NCBI GenBank assembly: GCA_963751455.1
Contig: CAVVUN010000015.1
Coordinates: forward strand, 1,248,001-1,312,000
Length of the DNA stretch: 64,000 nucleotides
Direction: 5' to 3'
DNA from: Nitrospirota bacterium
GTDB lineage: Bacteria > Nitrospirota > UBA9217
The notes beneath the pieces were generated by a model, which did no database searches, was not told where the DNA came from, and saw nothing but the letters and a program-made list of their open reading frames with translations. Position 1 is the first letter of the stretch; each line of letters begins with the position of its first letter. The translations under genes were made by a program, and so were the position numbers. Shown here in pieces: positions 1 through 9,432 of this stretch.

Positions 1-29
1 TACACCATCAAGAACTACCTTTACAGGGT

Positions 30-225
30 ACTAGTGTAGTGTCTCACAAACGACTGGTGTTATTGCGGCCATAATCACTTTCCCAAGACGGTCATTCCCG
101 CAAGCGAAGCGCGTCGGGAATCCTTCTGAATGGGTGGAAAGATTCCGGACAAGCCGGAATGACGAGATAAGGGCGATTTGTCGCTCTATCTGATAACACC
201 ATCTATTAAGAGACACTACACTAGT
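30..225. mobile_element. MITE-like element with perfect 16-bp terminal inverted repeats and a nested GTCATTCC...GGAATGAC hairpin (91-163)
   Basis: actagtgtagtgtctc (30-45) is the exact reverse complement of gagacactacactagt (210-225); CTAG at both ends; no credible ORF. Confidence 0.7.
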
Positions 226-281
226 CTTTCTACGTGTCTTCAGTCTTCTTGGCTGATCATTTACTTGCCTCAGGTTTCCAG

Positions 282-310
282 TTGAAAACAACCTGCCCCT
301 AGCGTATAAT
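282..310 (+). promoter_or_regulatory. sigma70-type promoter
   Basis: TTGAAA-N17-TATAAT upstream of RBS GGAGG (325-329). Confidence 0.6.
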
Positions 311-334
311 GGTGCTCGTTGAATGGAGGTTGTC

Positions 335-640
335 ATGATGGATACGACGAATTGGAAGGTGACCGAGGCGCCGAACTGTCCCCACTGCAATTCCCTAATG
401 GAGCAGATGGATGCCCGCTTCCTGGACTGGGACTCACCCTATCTCTGGGTTTGCTATAACAACGACTGCACTCTCTTCAAAAAGGGCTGGAACCACATGA
501 TGGAGAACTTCGGCCAGCTGGTTTCCTACCGGTGCATGATCCATCCCCAAAGCGGGGAAAAAGGGGTAATCCCGGCCTTCAGTCATGAGTATTTGATGGA
601 AAACGGCAAACCGGCAAATCCGAACTACCAGGATGAATGA
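335..640 (+). CDS. small zinc-ribbon protein of unknown function
   Basis: CPHC...CYNNDC motif; GGAGG RBS and promoter; start at 335 or 338. Confidence 0.75.
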   Translation: MMDTTNWKVTEAPNCPHCNSLMEQMDARFLDWDSPYLWVCYNNDCTLFKKGWNHMMENFGQLVSYRCMIHPQSGEKGVIPAFSHEYLMENGKPANPNYQDE

Positions 641-693
641 TCCTAATCCGTATAAGCGGAATTGAAAATTGAAAAGTACAAAGTAAAAAAATC

Positions 694-847
694 GCAACTG
701 CTTAGACTTTCTCACACAAAGCCACAAAGTCACGAAGAAAGGCTTTAATTCGGAGGTTTACACAAAAAGACTGTTTAATCTTTTGTTTTTCTTTGTGTGC
801 TCCGTTCCTTCGTGTGAGAATATTTTTTCATGGTCCTGAGTAGTTAC
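694..847. repeat. nested intergenic inverted-repeat element (CAC-periodic arms 709-820 inside GTAACTA-type ends)
   Basis: ttctcacacaaagccacaaagtcacgaag ... ctttgtgtgctccgttccttcgtgtgagaa; outer ends gcaactgcttag / ctgagtagttac. Confidence 0.6.
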
Positions 848-865
848 AAAAAATCAATAAACAGC

Positions 866-895
866 AAAAGCCGGGAACTGCTTCCCGGCTTTCTT
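866..895. terminator. bidirectional intrinsic terminator
   Basis: aaagccgggaa-ctgc-ttcccggcttt hairpin with A/T tails between convergent genes. Confidence 0.7.
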
Positions 896-919
896 GTTTG
901 ATGCCTCTATGAACTTACC

Positions 920-1351
920 TTAATATCCCGTGATATAGTCTTTCAGGTAATGGATTTCCGAGGTGAGTTTCTTTACCTGGACCTGGATGATATCGCGGAT
1001 CGAGAGCATTCCCACGACCTTGTTGTTCTCGAGGACCGGCAGATGCCTGATGTTCTTTTCAACCATGATTGCGGAGATGTTGTTCAAATCGTCCTCAGGT
1101 ACGGCGACCATCAGGTCCCTGATCATGAAATCTCCGATCTTCAGTTCCTTGAAGCTCTTTCCACCGGACGACAGATAGCAGCGAACCACGTCCCGTTCGG
1201 TGAATATACCGACTGTCTTGCCCTTGTCCGTTACCATGATAGCGCTGATTTTGCGGGTATTCATGGACCGGATTGCGTCCTCGACCGAACTTGCAGCATC
1301 AATGGATACGATCTCTTTTCCCTTGCTATTGAGCAAATCCCGAACTATCAT
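920..1351 (-). CDS. CBS-domain pair protein
   Basis: GIFTERD and IRHLPV...GMLSIRD CBS motifs. Confidence 0.9.
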   Translation of the reverse strand: MIVRDLLNSKGKEIVSIDAASSVEDAIRSMNTRKISAIMVTDKGKTVGIFTERDVVRCYLSSGGKSFKELKIGDFMIRDLMVAVPEDDLNNISAIMVEKNIRHLPVLENNKVVGMLSIRDIIQVQVKKLTSEIHYLKDYITGY

Positions 1352-1389
1352 CCTTCACCTCCGCATTATCATGATTTTTACTAGGAGTT

Positions 1390-1418
1390 ACTATAGCAGT
1401 CCGGGCGGTAAGTGTCAA
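1390..1418 (-). promoter_or_regulatory. sigma70 promoter of the CBS gene
   Basis: minus strand TTGACA-N17-TATAGT with extended -10 TG. Confidence 0.65.
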
Positions 1419-1621
1419 TCGCCGGATGCCCCCAAAAAAGACTTTCGATCGAGGCTTTTAATACGCTCAAAAAGCCCCTGATACAGGGTCAGGCCGCTTT
1501 TTCTCATGTGGAATTTGGTTTTGAATTGTGTTAAAATCGCTTGTCAGGCGAAAAAGGCCAGCAGTCATAAGTAGTTGCGGCAAATCTGCCGAGTGGATAT
1601 AAAACAGGAAGAGCGGGTGCG

Positions 1622-1798
1622 ATGAAAAGAGATGTTTGGATATTTTTGTTCGTCCTCGGCGTTCTTTTTTTCAGCTGGCCGATCATCAGCATTTTCAAGA
1701 ATAACCTGGTGCTTTCACTCTTCATCATCTGGCTGCTTTTCATTGTTCTGATTTTCGTGGCTTCTATCTTTTCAGAACGAGAAGACGGCGGAGGCTAA
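1622..1798 (+). CDS. 58-aa two-TM membrane peptide abutting the symporter-kinase gene (absent from ORF track)
   Basis: MKRDVWIFLFVLGVLFFSWPIISIFKNNLVLSLFIIWLLFIVLIFVASIFSEREDGGG*; its TAA directly precedes the GTG at 1799. Confidence 0.75.
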   Translation: MKRDVWIFLFVLGVLFFSWPIISIFKNNLVLSLFIIWLLFIVLIFVASIFSEREDGGG

Positions 1799-4744
1799 GT
1801 GTTTTCTCCCTGGATCCTGCTCACAGTCATTTTTTTCTATCTTCTCCTCCTGTTCTTGGTGGCATATTTCGCAGAGCGCAAGGAACTGCAGGGGAAAAGC
1901 CTCGTATCCAATCCTTATATTTATTCGCTCTCTCTGGCCGTTTACTGCACATCATGGACTTTTTACGGAAGCGTCGGCAAGGCGGCGAACGCGGGCCTCA
2001 GTTTTCTCACGATCTACGTAGGCCCCACATTGATGGCGGCGCTCTGGTGGATCGTTCTGAGAAAGATCGTCCACATCTCCAGGGAGAACCGCATCACCAC
2101 GATTTCCGACTTCATCGGCTCACGCTACGGCAAATCGCTCTCGTTATCCGCCCTCGTTACTCTCGTCGCCGTCGTCGGGATCACCCCGTACCTGGGCCTG
2201 CAGCTCAAGGCCATTATGACGGCATTCTCCCTGCTTTCGGGCAGGCCCGAGGGAAATCATTTTGCCGGCTGGTTCATCTCGGTGCTGCTCGGCGTATTCG
2301 CCGTCATCTTCGGCGCCCGCCGGCTGGACGCCTCCGAGCGGCACGGCGGCCTGGTCTTCGCAATTGCGTTCGAATCGGCCATCAAGCTGGTGGCCTTTCT
2401 CATGGTCGGGATTTTCGTCACGTACGGGCTCTTTCACGGTTTCGGCGATATCTTCACCCGGATCGCCAACAGCCCCCATGCGGCTCTCATGAAGATAGGG
2501 CCCGGTTCGGGAGTAAGTTTTCTCGAATGGACATCGCTTACCTTCCTCTCGATGATGGCCATTATGTTTCTGCCACGGCAATTCCACGTGGCGGTCGTCG
2601 AAAATTATTCGGCGGACCACATCAAGAAAGCCATGTGGCTTTTCCCTTTGTATCTGTTTTTGATCAATATATTTGTTCTTCCGATCGCATACGGGGGGCT
2701 TCTCCTGAGCGATATTTCCTCCACCGCCGACTATTACGTGCTCAGCATCCCGATGCATTACGGCCACCCGCTTCTCGCTATCATCGTCTTTATCGGCGGG
2801 TTTTCAGCGGCAACCGCCATGATCATCGTGGAATCGATTGCCCTGAGCACCATGGTCATGAACAGCTTCGTGGTGCCGACGCTCTGGGACCTGAGCGGCA
2901 TCAAGAATTTTTACGCGGTGATCCTGAACATAAAGAGGCTTGTCATTCTCGGGTGCGTGTTTCTCGGGTACGCCTTCGCTATCTACATCGGGGACTTCTA
3001 CAGTCTGGTGGACATCGGGCTCAAGTCGTTCGAAGCGGTCACTATCTTCGCGCCCTGTATTCTGCTCGGTCTCTATTGGAAAGGTGGAAATAAAAAAGGC
3101 GCGACTGCCGGCATCATCGCCGGTTTCTCAGTCTGGATCTACACCCTGCTGATTCCCGCGCTCATGCGGGCAGGGATCATTGTTCCGGGCGGTACGATGG
3201 AATCGCTTTTCAACTCAAGGCTTCTGAATCCCACCGCGCTGTTCGGTCTTGACGGGCTGGACCGGTGGAGTCACTCCCTGTTCTGGGGCATGCTCCTGAA
3301 TGTCGGCTTCTATGTGGGCGTATCGTTGTTTACAAAGCAGTCCGACGCCGACACGCGCCAGGCGATCATTTTCGTGGATTCCTATTCGCCGCTCCAATTT
3401 TCTCATCCACAACGGCCGTCCAGCATTGCCGAAATCGAGGATATTCTCGGTCAGTACATCGGTCTTTTCGAGGCACGGGAGGCCGTAGAAGTGTTCCTCA
3501 AAAAGAACCAGCTCAATCGTGAATCCATTTCGACCGAGTGGCTCTTCAAGCTGAGGCAGGAAGCGGAGCGCATGCTCTCAGGGGCGCTGGGTCCGTCCAT
3601 CAGCACGCTCGTATTCCAGGAGCGGGCCGTCCTTACCCATGAAGACGCCATTCGTGTCTCGAATTCTATCCAGCAGATATCCCGCAGTCTCAGATTATCC
3701 AGGCAGGAACTGGCCGATGCCAATCGTCAGCTCGCGATGTTGAAAGAATTCAGCGAAAACATCATCGAGAGCCTTCCGCTCGGGGTGGCAACGCTCGACG
3801 AGTCGTTGCGCGTAAAATATTGGAACAGCGGTATGGAGATGATCACCGGCGTGGAAAAATCCGATGCGCTTACCAGCGAAGCGGCAGACCTGCTGACCTG
3901 CCTGGAGCCGCGTCTTTTTACACCCCAGATACGTGAAGGTGAGATCACCTGCAGGAGAAACTTCGAGCCGCAGATCATACTCAAAGGCTACGTCAGCAGA
4001 CTGACCGGCGCGCAAAAAGGGTATGTGCTTGTTCTCGAAGACATTACCGAGAAAAAGAAGATCGAGGAGGAGCTGTTCCGCGCGACCAAGCACGCGAGCG
4101 TGGGCAGGCTTGCGGCCGGCGTGGCGCACGAAATCGGGAACCCGCTTGCCTCCATTTCATCCCTGGTCCAGGAGCTGCAGAGCGAAACCCTGTCTCCGTT
4201 CGTGAAGGACTCGCTTTCAACGATCAACGAACACGTGCACCGGATCGCCCGCATTGTCCGGAACCTCGGGGACTTCGCCCGGCTCTATCCGCGCCAGAAG
4301 GTTCCCACGAACCTGAAGGACATACTCGAGAACACGCTCAGCCTTGTTCGGTACGACAAAAACTTCAGGAAGATCGAAGTTCGGTCCGATGTCGAGCAAA
4401 CGCCGCCTCTTAAAATAGACCCCGACCAGATTCAGCAGGTTTTTTTGAATTTGATCCTGAATGCGCGGGACGCCATGCCGGAAGGCGGGTCCCTGGCGAT
4501 CAGCGTGAAACAAGTCGACGGCAATGTCGAAATGCTGTTTTCCGACACCGGCATCGGGATCGACGCGGAAGTCAAGGAAAAGGTATTCGATCCTTTCTTC
4601 AGCACGAAGGGGCCGACCAAGGGCACCGGCCTGGGCCTCTCGATCTGCTACAGCATAATCAAGGACCACGGCGGCACCATCGAAATCGATTCCAAGAAGG
4701 ACAAGGGCACCACGTTCATCATTAAAATACCTGTTGCGGCATAG
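1799..4744 (+). CDS. sodium:solute symporter (SLC5)-fused sensor histidine kinase, CbrA/CrbS-like (SSS-STAC-PAS-HisKA-HATPase)
   Basis: YSLSLAVYCTSWTFYGSVG, PRQFHVAVVEN, many TM helices; H-box AHEIGNPL; FDPFFSTK..GTGLGL. Confidence 0.9.
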   Translation: MFSPWILLTVIFFYLLLLFLVAYFAERKELQGKSLVSNPYIYSLSLAVYCTSWTFYGSVGKAANAGLSFLTIYVGPTLMAALWWIVLRKIVHISRENRITTISDFIGSRYGKSLSLSALVTLVAVVGITPYLGLQLKAIMTAFSLLSGRPEGNHFAGWFISVLLGVFAVIFGARRLDASERHGGLVFAIAFESAIKLVAFLMVGIFVTYGLFHGFGDIFTRIANSPHAALMKIGPGSGVSFLEWTSLTFLSMMAIMFLPRQFHVAVVENYSADHIKKAMWLFPLYLFLINIFVLPIAYGGLLLSDISSTADYYVLSIPMHYGHPLLAIIVFIGGFSAATAMIIVESIALSTMVMNSFVVPTLWDLSGIKNFYAVILNIKRLVILGCVFLGYAFAIYIGDFYSLVDIGLKSFEAVTIFAPCILLGLYWKGGNKKGATAGIIAGFSVWIYTLLIPALMRAGIIVPGGTMESLFNSRLLNPTALFGLDGLDRWSHSLFWGMLLNVGFYVGVSLFTKQSDADTRQAIIFVDSYSPLQFSHPQRPSSIAEIEDILGQYIGLFEAREAVEVFLKKNQLNRESISTEWLFKLRQEAERMLSGALGPSISTLVFQERAVLTHEDAIRVSNSIQQISRSLRLSRQELADANRQLAMLKEFSENIIESLPLGVATLDESLRVKYWNSGMEMITGVEKSDALTSEAADLLTCLEPRLFTPQIREGEITCRRNFEPQIILKGYVSRLTGAQKGYVLVLEDITEKKKIEEELFRATKHASVGRLAAGVAHEIGNPLASISSLVQELQSETLSPFVKDSLSTINEHVHRIARIVRNLGDFARLYPRQKVPTNLKDILENTLSLVRYDKNFRKIEVRSDVEQTPPLKIDPDQIQQVFLNLILNARDAMPEGGSLAISVKQVDGNVEMLFSDTGIGIDAEVKEKVFDPFFSTKGPTKGTGLGLSICYSIIKDHGGTIEIDSKKDKGTTFIIKIPVAA

Positions 4745-4780
4745 CGTTCCATCCGCAGATGCTCTGTAAAGGCGTAGGAA

Positions 4781-4926
4781 TTTTATCCGCAGATTACACA
4801 GATTACGCAGAGAAAGAGAAATATCAAATTATAAAGCCGAGAGATCAGGAAGATTTAGAAATCAGAAGAATGAATTATTGTTGTCTGATTTTTAATCCGT
4901 GTAATCGGCGTAATCTGCGGATAAAA
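4781..4926. repeat. CGCAGAT-family inverted-repeat element (9-bp periodic arms)
   Basis: ttttatccgcagattacacagattacgcag ... aatccgtgtaatcggcgtaatctgcggataaaa. Confidence 0.8.
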
Positions 4927-4934
4927 AGGACACG

Positions 4935-5345
4935 ATGATGAAGCCTTTGTCTGTTGAAATAGCAGAAGCCTCAGAAAAAGATCCGAGAACATATGCTCTG
5001 ATCGGCGCAGCTATGGATGTCCATCGGGAGTTAGGATGTGGGTTCCTCGAAAATGTGTACCATGAAGCATATGCATATGAATTGGCAGACAAGAAAATAC
5101 CGTTTGGACGGGAAGTGGAGTTGCCGGTATTTTATAAAGCTATAAAAATGGACACATCCTATCGCGCAGATTTCATTTGCTTCGAAACTGTAGCCGTTGA
5201 AATTAAAGCTCTCGCGAAGATAGGGCGCATTGACGAAGCTCAAATCATTAATTATTTGAAAGCAACAGGGTTCACGGTGGGCCTACTCTTGAACTTTGGT
5301 GCGGCGTCACTGGAATATAAGCGTTTTGCTTTTACCAAGCCTTAA
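4935..5345 (+). CDS. GxxExxY protein (PD-(D/E)XK nuclease-like)
   Basis: VHRELGCGFLENVY, RADFI..VEIKA, QIINYLKATG..GLLLNFG. Confidence 0.9.
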   Translation: MMKPLSVEIAEASEKDPRTYALIGAAMDVHRELGCGFLENVYHEAYAYELADKKIPFGREVELPVFYKAIKMDTSYRADFICFETVAVEIKALAKIGRIDEAQIINYLKATGFTVGLLLNFGAASLEYKRFAFTKP

Positions 5346-5413
5346 CGCTGTCAAAAAAGATCTTAAGTTCAGAGAATTCTGTCGTTTTTATTTTGCGAAA
5401 TTAATTTTTGTTT

Positions 5414-5443
5414 AATCTGTGCAATCTGTGTAATCTGCGGCTA
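5414..5443. repeat. right arm of CGCAGAT-family element downstream of the GxxExxY gene
   Basis: aatctgtgcaatctgtgtaatctgcggcta; complementary to atccgcagat at 4751 and 4785. Confidence 0.7.
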
Positions 5444-5514
5444 AAAGGAATGGTTTTCATCATTTTTCTTAATCCGTTTAATCCGAAAAAACTGTGGGAT
5501 AGAATGAGGTTTTT

Positions 5515-6864
5515 ATGTCAAAGAGCATTCTGATTGTCGAAGACGAAGAGACGCTGCGGGAATCCATCAAGCGCATTTTTATGAAGGAAGGCTTTATGGT
5601 TGATGCAGCGGACTCCGCCGAAAAGGGGCTGGCCCTGCTCGAGACGAGCGTCTATGACGTTATCATTTCCGACATCATCCTTCCCGGCATGGACGGGATC
5701 GAGATGCTCGTAAAGGTCCGGGAACAGATACCCGACCAGATATTCATCGTTATTACCGCATATGCGTCGCTCGACACGTCGGTAAAAGCTCTTCGTGCCG
5801 GGGCGTACGATTACATTATGAAGCCCATTATCCATGAAGAGATCAAGCAGATCGTCAGGAATGCGCTCCGGCAGAAGAGTCTTCAGTCCGAGAACGTTCT
5901 GCTCAAGCGCGAAATCGGGAAGAGCTACGATTTCAGCAGCATCATCGGCGAAAGCCCGGCTTTGAAGGCCATCTTGAGCGAAGTACGCAAGATCACGGAC
6001 ACAAAGAGCAACGTACTCCTGCTCGGGGAGACCGGGACGGGCAAGGAGCTTTTTGCCAGGGTCATTCACCACAACAGCTCGCGCCGGCTTATGCCGTTCG
6101 TGCCGATCAACTGCTCAGCCATCCCGGAAAATCTTCTGGAAACCGAGCTCTTCGGCCACGTGCGCGGCGCTTTTACCGGCGCAGTCGCTTCAAAAAAGGG
6201 CATTCTCGAGGAGGCTGAGGGCGGAACCGTGTTTCTTGACGAGATCGGAGACATGAGCCTTGCGCTCCAGGCGAAACTGCTTCGTGTTATCGAGGACCAG
6301 ATTATCCGTCCGGTCGGGAGCACCAAGGGCACCAAGATGGATATCAGGTTTCTAACCGCGACCAACAAGGACGTCCGTATGGCAGTAAAACAGGGGAGCT
6401 TCCGGGAAGACCTCTATTACCGGATCAACGTCATCTCGATCCAGATTCCGCCGCTTCGTGAGCGGAAAGAAGACATCGCCTCGCTGATCCGTTACTACCT
6501 CGATAAGTATTCGCAGGAAGTGGGCAAACAGGTCAAGGACATTTCGCCGGATGCGATGCACATCATGCTGAACTACGAATGGTCCGGGAACGTGCGCGAG
6601 CTTCAGAACGTGATCGAACGGGCTATCCTTATTTCGGACGGGGACATTATCGGGCCCGCTCACTTGCCGCTGAGCATGAGGTCGGATGGCGCACTGGAGC
6701 AGGATGTCTTCGATCAAAAACTCTCCATTGAAGACTATACAAAGGCCTTCATTCAGAAATACCAGACCCAGTTCAACGAGCAACAGCTTGCCGACATGCT
6801 TGGAATAACGCGCAAATCCCTCTGGGAGAAGCGGAAAAAATGGGGGATACAGAAGGAGCGGTAG
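5515..6864 (+). CDS. sigma54-dependent response regulator (NtrC family, CbrB-like C-terminus)
   Basis: receiver domain, GETGTGKE, GAFTGA, GNVREL; C-terminus LSIEDY...LADMLGITRKSLWEKRKKWGI. Confidence 0.9.
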   Translation: MSKSILIVEDEETLRESIKRIFMKEGFMVDAADSAEKGLALLETSVYDVIISDIILPGMDGIEMLVKVREQIPDQIFIVITAYASLDTSVKALRAGAYDYIMKPIIHEEIKQIVRNALRQKSLQSENVLLKREIGKSYDFSSIIGESPALKAILSEVRKITDTKSNVLLLGETGTGKELFARVIHHNSSRRLMPFVPINCSAIPENLLETELFGHVRGAFTGAVASKKGILEEAEGGTVFLDEIGDMSLALQAKLLRVIEDQIIRPVGSTKGTKMDIRFLTATNKDVRMAVKQGSFREDLYYRINVISIQIPPLRERKEDIASLIRYYLDKYSQEVGKQVKDISPDAMHIMLNYEWSGNVRELQNVIERAILISDGDIIGPAHLPLSMRSDGALEQDVFDQKLSIEDYTKAFIQKYQTQFNEQQLADMLGITRKSLWEKRKKWGIQKER

Positions 6865-7007
6865 CACCGCTGCTGCTGACTAAGCCCCTGGCCCACGGTT
6901 CCGGTTTCAGGCCATCAGCTTCATACGTCCCTGCCCCTGAACGTTGACAATCATATAAACCCTATTATACTTTTATCAGAGAGTTCTTTCTCTCATCTCC
7001 TGAAATT

Positions 7008-7197
7008 TGTAACTATTCAGCTTCACGGCATTAAGACAAATCTGAGAAAAGCCTTCTATCCGCGGATTTCGTACCCTGCTGTTGCCGAAGCGCGGGCACA
7101 AGCAGATGGACGCAGATTTTAAAATCAGAATTCGGGTTTTGTTTTTATCTGCGAAATCGGCGTAATCTGTGGATAAAAAATGACCTGAGTAGTGAAA
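7008..7197. repeat. nested MITE-like/CGCAGAT inverted-repeat element
   Basis: ends tgtaactattcag / ctgagtagtgaaa; inner arms tatccgcggatt...cgcagatt / atctgcgaaatcggcgtaatctgtggata. Confidence 0.65.
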
Positions 7198-7240
7198 TTT
7201 TAATGTTCCCGATATGATATAATGACCGGATGGAGGACGC

Positions 7241-9175
7241 ATGACGACCACTAGGACAAAACACAGGCAAAACGTACTCTCCGGGATCAGTCTTCTGACC
7301 GACCACGATATCTACCTCTTTAAAGAGGGAAACCATTTCAAGCTGTACGAGAAACTCGGCTCACACGTCATGACCGCCGAAGGCGTGACCGGTACGTTGT
7401 TCGCCCTCTGGGCCCCCAACGCCCGCGCTGTATCCGTAGTGGGAGATTTTAACGGATGGAACAGGGAGTCGCATAAATTGAAAGTGCGCGACGACGGCTC
7501 CGGCATTTGGGAAGGATTTATTCCGGATATCGGACAGGGCACTCTGTATAAATATTACATTCGTTCCAGGCATCATCACGAAGCGGAAAAAGGAGACCCC
7601 TTCGCGTTCTCCTGGGAGGCGCCGCCCCGAACAGCGTCTCTGGTATGGGACCTGGAGTACGATTGGAAGGATAGCGGCTGGATGCGGGACAGGCACAGCC
7701 GAAATTCCCTGAGTTCGCCCTTCTCGGTATACGAAATGCACCTCGGATCGTGGCGGCGTGTGCCGGAGGAGAACAACCGCTCCCTCACCTACCGCGAGAC
7801 GGCGGATTATCTTCCCGAATATCTGAAAGACACCGGGTTTACTCACGTGGAATTCATGCCGGTGATGGAACATCCCTTTTACGGCTCCTGGGGATACCAG
7901 ATCACGGGCTTTTTTGCGCCCACCAGCCGCTACGGCACGCCCCAGGACTTCATGTACCTCATCGACCGCCTGCACGAGGAGGGGATCGGCGTAATTCTCG
8001 ACTGGGTGCCTTCGCATTTCCCCGATGATGCACACGGCCTGGTGTTTTTCGACGGCACGCATCTCTACGAACACGAGGACCCGCGCAAGGGTTTTCATCC
8101 CGAATGGAAAAGCTACATTTTCAACTATGGCCGTTACGAGGTCCGCAATTTCCTGATCAGCAGCGCGCTGTTCTGGCTGGACAGGTACCATGGCGACGGG
8201 CTTCGTATCGACGGCGTCGCCTCCATGCTGTATCTCGATTATGCGCGTCAGGACGGAGAATGGATCCCTAACGTTTACGGCGGCCGGGAAAACCTGGAGG
8301 CGATCGATTTTCTTCGCAGTTTGAACCGTGAAGTGTATCGCGCGTTCCCTGACGTGCAGACCATAGCCGAGGAGTCGACTGCCTGGCCCATGGTCTCCAG
8401 GCCTGCTCATGTGGGCGGGCTGGGTTTCGGCATGAAGTGGAACATGGGCTGGATGCACGATACTCTCGGGTTCTTCTCTGTGGACCCCGTCTTCCGCAAA
8501 TACCATCAGAGCGGCATCACCTTCAGCATCTGGTACGCGTTTTTCGAGAATTTCATGCTTCCGCTTTCCCATGACGAGGTCGTGTATGGCAAAGGGGCGC
8601 TAGCAGGGAAGATGCCGGGAAACCACCGGCAGAAACTCGCCAATCTTCGTATGCTGTTCGGATACCAGTATACGCATCCAGGGAAAAAGCTTCTGTTCAT
8701 GGGCGGCGAATTCGGCCAGTGGGCCGAATGGAGCCATGAAAAGAGCATTGAATGGCACCTCCTGCGGTTCCAGTCTCATCACGCGGTCTGGCAATGGGTC
8801 AGGGACCTAAACCATCTGTACCGGACCGAGCCTGCCCTGCATCAGCTTGAATTCGACCCATCGGGGTTCGAGTGGGTCGATTTCAGCGACAGCGACAGCA
8901 GCATTGTCAGCTATATCAGGAAGGGGTTTTCCGCCGGCGATACAGTCCTGGTTGTCTGCAATTTTACGCCCGTTCCCCGTTTTCATTATATGATAGGCGT
9001 TCCGGACGGGGGCCGTTGGAAAGAGCTTTTGAACAGCGACGCCGAGGTGTACGGAGGGACAGGGCTGGGCAACATGGGCGGCGTGGAAGCGAATCCTGCG
9101 GGCATTCACGGCAGAAGCCATTCGCTGGATCTTACTCTTCCTCCGCTGAGCATACTGATATTCAAGAGGGAGTAG
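7241..9175 (+). CDS. glgB: 1,4-alpha-glucan branching enzyme
   Basis: WAPNA, YEMHLGSW, GSWGYQ, DWVPSHFP, DGLRIDGVASMLY, AEESTAWP, LSHDEVV. Confidence 0.97.
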   Translation: MTTTRTKHRQNVLSGISLLTDHDIYLFKEGNHFKLYEKLGSHVMTAEGVTGTLFALWAPNARAVSVVGDFNGWNRESHKLKVRDDGSGIWEGFIPDIGQGTLYKYYIRSRHHHEAEKGDPFAFSWEAPPRTASLVWDLEYDWKDSGWMRDRHSRNSLSSPFSVYEMHLGSWRRVPEENNRSLTYRETADYLPEYLKDTGFTHVEFMPVMEHPFYGSWGYQITGFFAPTSRYGTPQDFMYLIDRLHEEGIGVILDWVPSHFPDDAHGLVFFDGTHLYEHEDPRKGFHPEWKSYIFNYGRYEVRNFLISSALFWLDRYHGDGLRIDGVASMLYLDYARQDGEWIPNVYGGRENLEAIDFLRSLNREVYRAFPDVQTIAEESTAWPMVSRPAHVGGLGFGMKWNMGWMHDTLGFFSVDPVFRKYHQSGITFSIWYAFFENFMLPLSHDEVVYGKGALAGKMPGNHRQKLANLRMLFGYQYTHPGKKLLFMGGEFGQWAEWSHEKSIEWHLLRFQSHHAVWQWVRDLNHLYRTEPALHQLEFDPSGFEWVDFSDSDSSIVSYIRKGFSAGDTVLVVCNFTPVPRFHYMIGVPDGGRWKELLNSDAEVYGGTGLGNMGGVEANPAGIHGRSHSLDLTLPPLSILIFKRE

Positions 9176-9191
9176 AATTATTATTGATCTT

Positions 9192-9399
9192 ATCCGCAGA
9201 TTACGCCGATTGCACAGATTGAAGAGAACACCAATTATGAAAGTCATAAAAAGTGTTATTTCGAGCGAGAAATATCTTTATGATTGGTTGAAAAGAGTCT
9301 TCACCTCCTCGAAGCAGACACTTACCAATATGATACAGATGTATCGTTGTTAAAATATTATTAGAATATAATCTGCGCTCATCTGCGTAATCTGCGGAT
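9192..9399. repeat. CGCAGAT-family inverted-repeat element
   Basis: atccgcagattacgccgattgcacagatt ... aatctgcgctcatctgcgtaatctgcggat around an AT-rich core. Confidence 0.75.
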
Positions 9400-9432
9400 T
9401 GAACTGTGATATGTCCTCTAAGGAGGATGCCG

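Noticed and set aside
4781-4926. Periodic repeats as a CRISPR array
   Set aside because: Inverted arms without unique equal-length spacers, and no cas genes
6865-7000. CrcZ-like sRNA downstream of the CbrB-like gene
   Set aside because: No -24/-12 promoter and no AANAANAA motifs seen
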